Positions 51,257-64,000 of a stretch of 64,000 bases of DNA are shown in pieces. The position numbers and the translations under genes were made by a program. How positions within the stretch are numbered: position 1 is the stretch's first letter; each line of letters begins with the position of its first letter. Origin of the DNA: the human T2T-CHM13v2.0 reference genome, Homo sapiens; the NCBI RefSeq assembly GCF_009914755.1, contig NC_060930.1; one strand, given 5' to 3'. Under the pieces are notes generated by a model. The model was not told where the DNA came from. It saw nothing but the letters and a program-made list of their open reading frames with translations, and searched no databases.

Positions 51257-52515
51257 TAAAAGTAACTAAAATTTGGGTCATTTTTTTTTAGTAAAAGTAA
51301 AAGGCATAACAAAAAGGGAGCCTCCCGACCTTTTGAGTCTCTTTGTGCCTCTCAGAAACAATTGTAGATAATAGTTACCTGCATGCTCTCCACACCTAAT
51401 TCTCTATGCACATATGTATATGTATGTGTATATTTTTTGGACAACTTTACATATTAGGGCAACTTGTCACATTCTTTTTAATATGTGCATTATATACTCC
51501 TGTACAAATGTAGTACTATATTTGATTTAACCAGATTCCTACTGATGGATATTTAGCTCTTTTCCAAATGTTCACAATGAAAAGCAATTATTTTAACTTA
51601 ACTGATCAAAGCATACTTATAAGGCACATACTAAATGCCAAGCTGTGTTCTAAGCACTTTATAAAAGTGCGCTCATTTAATCTCTAAAATAACCCATTGA
51701 GGTAGGTTTTAATATTATCATCCCTGTTATACAGATGAGAACACCGAGGATAGAGTGAAGTAACTTGTCACTGGTCACACTGCTAGTGAAAGTCAGAATC
51801 CAACCTTGTTCTGGCTCAAGACTCCATGCCAACCTTTGGTAGGCTTTGATGCCTCTCTGTTGCTGCAACTCAGTTGTCTATTCCCAAAGTAGATCAGCTG
51901 CTAGGCATAAGGAATGAAAAATGCTTTTAGTAGCCAGCATTAGCAATGCTGTGAAAAAAACTAGGAAAGAAGATTTAAAAATTGACAGAATCGATCAAGA
52001 CAGCCACTCCTATTCCACCCTACCACACCCATTCCAACAACCTCTGCAAAGATTTTTAAAAGGTAGACAGACCAAATTCCCCTGCAAATGTGACAAACTT
52101 CCCTGCAAACATGAAATTGCTTCTACCAGACACATTGAGGGAGTGGAGGTGGCAGCTCAAAGAGCTCTGGTTTTTAAATTGTGCAGAAAGACAGTACAGA
52201 CACGAATGCAATTTTGTACAAAGCTTCACTGGAGTCCATGATTTTAAGTTAAGGGTAAACACAATCTAATCAAAGCCTTTTAAAATAATTTGTCTCAAGA
52301 AACCTTTTTATCAGGGCTATTTTCAGTCAGAGGAGAAACAGTTTTGTTGCTGAAAAGCTCAAAAGCCAAATGCATTAAATCCTTTTTCCCAGATGCAAAG
52401 CAATTGGTTCTCTGGTGCCAATTTTTATATTTCTTAAGAACGGTGGCCGGGCGCGGTGGCTCATGCTTGTAATCCCAGCACTTTGGGAGGCCGAGGCGGG
52501 CAGACCATGAGGTCA

Positions 52516-52806
<291 letters not shown>

Positions 52807-53684
52807 TCAATACTGGCAATACTGTTTGAATCTCGAAAGACTTGAGAACCCTGCCAATGTTTTGGGTTTTAAACTTGAGAAAGCCCACCCTCCCATTCCC
52901 AAGGGTAAATATGAAACATAACTTTCAGTTCCTCTTTGTACATTCAATGCTAATTAGCTCAGTGCTCTAATTTTATTTCTGGACTTTGGTACAGCTGAAG
53001 CTTTGCTGGTGTATTAGTAACGACATAAATGTTTGCACATTTCTGAGAGTCTGCGGATATGAATCACCTTGAGAGAAATAGCTTTGATCACAGCGTGAGA
53101 GCTACATTTCAACAATTTCTTTACTGTGTTGATGTTATTGGTGGTAAAAAGGGAATTTGAACTTTAGAATGAAAAAACTAGAAGATAAATAAAAGAGAGG
53201 GAGCTCCTGCAAAGTATATGTAACTCTTAGATCAGGCAGTCCAAAGAGAAAAAAATCAGAAAATTAATGGCTCATTTGGGAGACACAAATTAATTTGATG
53301 ATATGATAAAAGAAAAAAATAACATTTTCCTAGGTTTAGAAGAATTTACAAATAAATTTTCAGAAATGTCGAAAATCTTTGAAATGTTTCTTGACATTTC
53401 ATTTGACAACCCCAGAGGTCAGACCCACTGAGGGTTCAAAGGCTGTTGGCCTCCCACTTCCATCTGATGGTCCCTCATATCTGATATGTCCCTTCCCATC
53501 TAGTGTGCTCTCATTATACCACATGAGACACACACTCCAGGAGGGGATTTGAGCTCTCAATAGCCATTTTGTTCTGCTCTTGCAAGTGAAAGATGAATCT
53601 TCACATCCAAAAATTAAATATACATCATTGCTCTGTTTGGAACGACATTTCATAAGTCTACATCTACATCACAAATACAAACTA

Positions 53685-54000
53685 AGAGAATAATTACCAA
53701 GGCCTGGGAAGAGTGGTGGGGTGGAGATGAAGAGAGTTTGATTAATGGGTACAAACATACAGTTAGATAGAAAGAATAAGTTCCAGTGTTCGACAGCACA
53801 GTAGGATGACTATAGTTAATAATTCATTGTGTATTTCAAAATAGCTAGAAGAGAAGATGTGAAATGTTTTCAACACAAAGAAATGATAAATGTTTCAGGC
53901 AAGATATCCTGAATACTCTGATTTGATCATTACACATTGTATGCATGTATCAAAATATCACATTTACCCATAAATATGCACAATTATATATCAATGAAAA
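53685..54000 (+). mobile_element. L1MA-type 3' UTR fragment
   Basis: Closely similar to 1940-2590 (gggtacaaacatacagttagatagaa, gatttgatcattacacattgtatgc). Confidence 0.85.
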
Positions 54001-55799
54001 TTTTTTTTTGCCTGGGGGTAGTGGTTCACACCTGTAAGCCCAGCACTTTGTAAGCCAAGGTGGGAGGATCGCTTGAGCTTAGGAGTTCGAGACCACCCTG
54101 GGCAAAATGGCAAAATCCCATCTCTACAAAAAATACGAAAATTAACCAGGCTTGGTGGCATGTGCCTGTAGTTTGAGCTAATCAAGAGGTTGATGTGGGA
54201 GGATCATGGGTCACCTGAGCCCAGGAGGTCGAGGCTGGAGTGAGCCATGGTGGCGCCACTGCAGCCAAGCCTGGGTGACAGAGCCAGACCCTGTCTTAAA
54301 AAAAAGACAAAAGAAGCATTTGTTTTTTCTTGGTTTTATATCATCTATGTAGAAAACATGTGTGAAAGACTTTGAAATGTACCAAAAGATTACTGAGTGA
54401 CTTCAATGGAAAACAGTGTTCTGCTTATGGTGTGCCCTTGGGTTATCTGGTTCTATGGAGCATGTGTCTTTCATTGTCTTTGAGCTGTCTTACAACTCTG
54501 CAAGTTATAGCTAAAAGATTTTGCAAACATTTTTGTCAATAGACCTGCAAATAAGTTCCACCTGGTGGAGACACAATTGATTTATCCACCCTGCAGAAAT
54601 AGCCAGTTTTGCATCTATTTGCAAATTTGTTTCATGGCTTATGTATATATCTCCTCTTTTCAAATTCCCCTTGGAATCAGTTATAAAAAAATCTTATTTT
54701 TCATTGAATTGATTTCATTTTGAGGGTTCTTTTAAAATTTCCATCAGTACATCCTTGAAGTAAGCAGAAACATTTGTGTCATCGTTGTAATATTTGAATA
54801 TCCAGAACAGACAGAAGACCAGAAGTTTATAGGAATAGAATTTGTTAACTTCTTACAGAACCTACAGCTAATGGAAATAGAAGGGAGAGACTCAGGGAGA
54901 AGGATGAAGGTTTGTTCAGTCTAATGGTGAACCACAGCATACCCTGCCTCCACAGCAATCTCTTTACCTCTGACTTTTATAACAGAAAAAAAAAAAGACA
55001 TTTCATTAAATTTTCAAACAACGTGCAGCTAGAAAAAAATAGTTAATTGTTTGGATGATAAAACTGGGCATTCAAAAATATTTTGACTGTCTGGAAACAT
55101 TGAATCACATCTCAAAGAATGAATATCACTTGGCATAGATGTAAAGTCCTACCTTTATGTTTAAAAATCCAATTACATGAGTAAAAAATGGGGGAAAATA
55201 TGGTTTTTTTGCTTGTTTATTTTTTGTTTTGTATTTTTGCTTTTTTTTTGTTTTGTTTTTTTTGAGACCAAGTCTTGCTCTGTCGCCAGGCTGGAGTGCA
55301 GGGACGCGATCTCGGCTCACTGCAACCTCTAACTCCTGGGTTCAAGCAATTCTCCTGCCTCAGGCTCCTGAGTAGCTGGGACTACAGGTGCGCGCCAGCA
55401 CGCCCAGCTAATTTTTGTATTTTTAGTAGAGACAGGGTGGTTTCACCATGTTGGCCAGGATGGTCTCGATCTCTTGACCTCGTGATCTGCCCTCCTCAGC
55501 CTCCCAAAGTGCTGGGATTACAGGCATGAGCCACTGCGTCCGGCCGAAAATATGGCTTAATAAAATCCCATTTGATAAGATAGAGATTTTAGCTGAATGA
55601 CACTCCAAATGATCTAATATAATTTGGTTGCCATAGACTTTTTTTTTTTTTTATGGAAATGGAGTATCACTCTTGCCCAGTCTTGCCCAGGCTAGTCTCG
55701 AACTCCTGAGCTCAGGCAATCCGCTCGCCTCGGCTTCCCAAAGTGCTAGGATTAAAGGTGTGAGCCACAATGCCCAACCCTTTTTTTTTTTTTTTCTGA

Positions 55800-56331
<532 letters not shown>

Positions 56332-56389
56332 TAAACTAGGACCAAACAGTGGAATTTGCATAAAAACAAATTTTAGGTCAATATAAGGA

Positions 56390-57403
56390 AAAATATGGAG
56401 TTGGATCCCCTGCAGAGAGTCCCCACCAGGGCACTGCCTAGTAGAGCTGTGGGAACAGGGATAGTGCTCTCCATACCCCAGAATTATAGAGCAACCAGCA
56501 GCGTTTAATCTCCGCCTGTAAAAAACACAGGCATTGGACTCTAATCACGAGAGAAGCCAATGGGCTGTGCCCAGCAAAACCATGGGAACTGGGCTGCCCA
56601 AAACCTTGGGAGCCTACCTCTCGTACAAGTGTGCCCAGGATGTGGAGTGTGGAGTCAAGCTAGATCATCTTGCAGCTTTAAGATTTAATGTCTACCCTGC
56701 TGAGTTTCAGACTTGCATGGGGCCTGTGTTACCTCTTTCTTTTGGCTGATTTCTCCCTTTGGAATAGGAATGGTTACCCAATGCCTGTATAATCATTGTA
56801 TCTTAGAAGTAAATAACTTGTTTTTTATTTTACAGGCTCACAGCTGTAAGAAACTTGGCCTTGAGTCTCAGATGAGACTTTGGACTTCAGACTTTGGGTT
56901 GATGCTGGAACAAGTTGACTTTTGGGGACTATCAAGATGGAATGATTGTATTTTGCAATGAGAGAAGAGTATGAGTTTTGGGAGGGCCAGGGGTGAAATG
57001 CTATGGTTTGAGGCTTCCAAATCTCATGTTGAAATTTGATCTCCAGTGTTGGAGGTGGGGCCTAATAGGGTGTGTTTGGGTCATGGGGGCAGATATCTCT
57101 GAATGGCTTGGTGCAGTCCTTGTGGTAATGAGTTGAGTTCTTGCTCTATCAGTTCCCATGGGAGCCTATTGTTAAAAAGTCCATCACTTCCCTCTCTTTC
57201 TCTCTCACCATGTGATCTCTGCACACATGCCAGCTCCCCTTCTCTTTCCACCATGAGTGGAACCAGCCTGAGGTCCTCACCAGAAGCTGATGCTGGTGCC
57301 ATGCTTCTTGTACAGCCTGCAGAACCGTAGGCCAAATAAACCTCTTTTCTTATAAATTACCAGCCTCAGATATTCCTTTATAGCAACACAAATGGACTAA
57401 GAC
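56390..57403 (+). mobile_element. MaLR (MST-type) internal 3' fragment plus 3' LTR (56999-57403)
   Basis: MaLR-int-like cagagagtccccaccagggcactgcctagt; PPT gggagggccaggggtgaaa; LTR TGCTATGGTTTG...GGACTAAGACA with AATAAA. Confidence 0.85.
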
Positions 57404-58749
57404 AAATATGTATATTTGTATAACATGAGTTCATAATTTACTTGTGATTTTTAATGTTTAAAACCCATATATGATATCATTTCTTTAATAAATTATTTTA
57501 GTTATTTGAATAATTCAACCAAGAATGATAGTCTTTTGTTAGGCACAGGAGGTATGATAGGTGGCCCAAGGGTTTTCTGCCTCACTGAACATGGTACATG
57601 TATCTTTATTAAAGGTACCTCCCCAAATTCCAAACCTGAAAAAGATGATGAACTTCTAGTCAAGAATAATCTGATTGAAGATAAAATAGAATTGTATACC
57701 TGAAGACGATCGGATTCTTGTGTCCAACCTCACTCTCAATCTAGTGGGGACTCATTCTACTCAATCTACTCTGCACTCATTCACATTTCTACCTTTGCCA
57801 CAATTATTCTAGGGTACCTAGTGTCAGGATGACTGATACCATTTGGGATACTGATAATAGTGGTGTAGCAATTCCTCTACAACACTTATATACCCTGACA
57901 GTAATTTTTGGTACTGTTCAGGAAATAAAAGTCCTCACCTCCTAGGCAGTAAGGACTGGAGCTGTAGAAACATTTTCTGCCCTGGACCTTACCCCACAGT
58001 GAAGGCCTTTACTTTGCCCTATACCAGCCACTAATGTCAATGGGAGCTTTTCTGCCAAAGAGTTTCTTCTATGTAGCCCTGGCTCCAAAGTACTGTGCCA
58101 AGAATTTATTCTTGTTTTGTTTTGTTTTGTTTTTGAGACAGAGTTTCACTCTCACCCAGACTGAAGTGCAGTGGTGTGATCTTGTCTCACTGCAAGCTCC
58201 GCCTCTCAGGTTCAAGTGATTCTCCTGCCTCAGCCTCCTAAGTAGCTGGGACTACAGGTGCCCGCCACCACGCCCAGCTAATTTTTTGTACTTTTTAGTA
58301 GAGACGGGGTTTCACTGTGTTAGCCAGGATGGTCTTGATCTCCTGACCTCGTGATCCGCCTGCATTGGCCTCCCATAGTGCTGAGATTACAGGCGTGAGC
58401 CACTGTGCACAGCCAAGTATATTCTTAACCCCTCCATCAGATTACTCATGCCAATATTTTCACAGCTTAATTTTTTTAAGCCATAAAAATTGCTACTGGC
58501 TACCTTGATTTTGTTGTTGTTGGTGTTGGTGGTGGTGGTGGTTGTGGTGGTGTTATGTTAGGGAGAAAAATGACATGCAAGTGAAAAAGCAAATGGATCC
58601 ATTGCAGCCTTCATGTTGAGTATGAAATGGGGGAAATTTGTTTCTAGGTGTGTAATGTAGTCAACTCTAAAAATTAATGCAAGTGGTCAGAAGTACGCTA
58701 GTAGTTATTTAAGTACTCTCCAGAAAAAAAAATAACTGATTTGCAACCT

Positions 58750-59170
58750 TGGTGCCCATCAACAGAGGATTAGATAAAGAAAATGTACATATACATCACG
58801 GAATACTAAGCAACCGTAAGCAAGAATGAAATCATGCCCTTTACAGCAATATGGATGCAGCTGAAGGCCATTACCCTAAGCAAATTAACACAGGAACAGA
58901 AACCAAATACCACATGTTCTCACTCGTAAGTGAGAGTTGAACACTGGGCATACACAGACACAGAGATGGGAACAACAGACACTGGGGACTACTAGACAGG
59001 GAGGGAGGGAAGTGGGGACTGAAAAACTACCTACTGGGTACTATGCTCACTCCCTAGGTGATGGGATCAGTCGTGCCTCAAACATCAGCATCACTCAATG
59101 TACCAGTGTAACAAACATGCACGTGTACCACTTGAATCTAAAATAAAATTTGCCATTTTTAAAAACTAAG
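58750..59170 (+). mobile_element. L1PB/old L1PA 3' end fragment
   Basis: gataaagaaaatgtacatatac, caaataccacatgttctcact, aaacatgcacgtgtacc...aatctaaaataaaa; flanked by the imperfect direct repeat aaaataa(c/g)tgatttg. Confidence 0.8.
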
Positions 59171-60569
59171 AAAATAAGTGATTTGTAACATTTTCCAATT
59201 TCTGTGGTAAAAATACTTCCACGGTGGTCAATTTCAAGCTACTAAAATGAACATCGTTGAACTTGGGGTTGAGAAGAGACATGCTAATAGGCCCTTATGA
59301 GTCAAGTGAGCCCCCTCAGTTGGAAGTGGGGGCACCAATTTTGGCCGGTACTTAGGGGAAAAAATGCCTATGACATTTGACTCCTGGAGTGAATCATTTT
59401 TCATAAAAGATTCTGTAGAGTTATTTAAGGCTGGTTTGGACCTGGCACATTAAAATAAAGCAGTATTTGTTTATTTTTCCTGTCTTCTTGCCAACTATTT
59501 TGATCAGCTGTCCAAATTTACTTTCTTTCTAAAAAGTATCTTAAGAATGAGAATTGTATCTATTCTAATATTTATCTTGAAGTGCTTCCCATCATTGTGA
59601 AGTTTAATCTGTATTTTTATATCAGGAAGAAACTTTAATAACAAAGCCATGTGGTTGTAAGAAGAAATATAATTTTATATCTTTTTTTTATTTTTTGAGA
59701 CGGAGTCTTGCTCTTTCACCCAGGCTGGAGTGCAAAATGGCATGATCTAGGCTCACTGCAACCTCCACCTCCCAGGTTCATGCCATTCTCCTGCCTCAGC
59801 CTCCCGAGTAGCTGGGATTACAGGCCTGCGCCACCACGTCCCACTAGTTTTTGTCTTTTTAGTAGAGACAGGGTTTCACCATGTTGGTCAGGCTGGTCTC
59901 AAACTCCTACCCTCAGGTGATTTGCCCACCTCAGCCTCCCAAAGTGCTGGGATTACAGGTGTGAGCCACCGTGCCCGGCCAATTTTGACTTTAGAATTAT
60001 TCAAATACCAGTGATACTCCTTCCTCCGTAAATACACACATAGTTTGATCCCATTTAATATAATGACATCTGTTGTTTAAGGTTGATAATAATTTGGAGG
60101 TAAAGAAAAGAGTGGCAAAATCTCTTGGCTCAATATTCCATTCCCAACCCCTTCTTCCTTGCCTTCCTGAAAAGAAGCTGGAAAATTAAATTTTCCAAGA
60201 ATCCTCTGTAGCTAGACTGGACAATTCCATGTTTAACAGGCCTGTCCAATACCATGCAAGTTGAAGCCTACTTAGGGATTATGAGAATGTTTTCCTGGCA
60301 AAAAGGAACCGATACAACTGTCAGCATCTTCTCTTTACCTTCTCCTTTTTTTCTGAGTTCAATGTGAGGATAATGCCTAGATCAGTGTCAGCTTAGATCA
60401 TGGGGCAACTAGCATGATGATAAAAGCTAACACCATAAGATGGCAAATTAGAAAGAGAGATTAGTTGAATCCCGATAACACTGTCAAATCATTGACCATA
60501 ATAGAGTGTCTACATCTAGACATTTCATTATGTGAAAAAACACCCCTCTTTCCCCTATGTTTTAAACTT

Positions 60570-64000
<3,431 letters not shown>

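Overview
Primate (human-like) euchromatic DNA with no recognisable cellular protein-coding exon. Roughly a third of the window is Alu (about 70 copies or fragments by eye), with L1, L2/MIR, MaLR and Tigger relics. Nearly all ORFs in the supplied track are Alu-derived artefacts. The dominant feature is a complete but decayed 8.5-kb gamma-like endogenous retrovirus on the minus strand (17001-25495). It has two ~405-bp LTRs, a 5-bp TSD (ACTAT), a tRNA-Phe PBS and gag-pro-pol-env, which places it in the HERV-F/H lineage (probably HERVH48/MER48). The most interesting observation is that its 400-bp pol-env spacer holds two small ORFs: an intact 58-aa ORF with two hydrophobic segments, missed by the ORF track, and a ~95-aa Cys-rich ORF overlapping the env signal peptide. 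They look like candidate accessory genes of a supposedly simple retrovirus. Also present: a minus-strand promoter/first-exon candidate near 9.76-10.2 kb with ARE and ATF4-type motifs; an ERV-L relic carrying a nested LTR12 solo LTR; a solo LTR inserted inside an Alu; and a 112-bp Alu fragment apparently copied from a neighbouring Alu.
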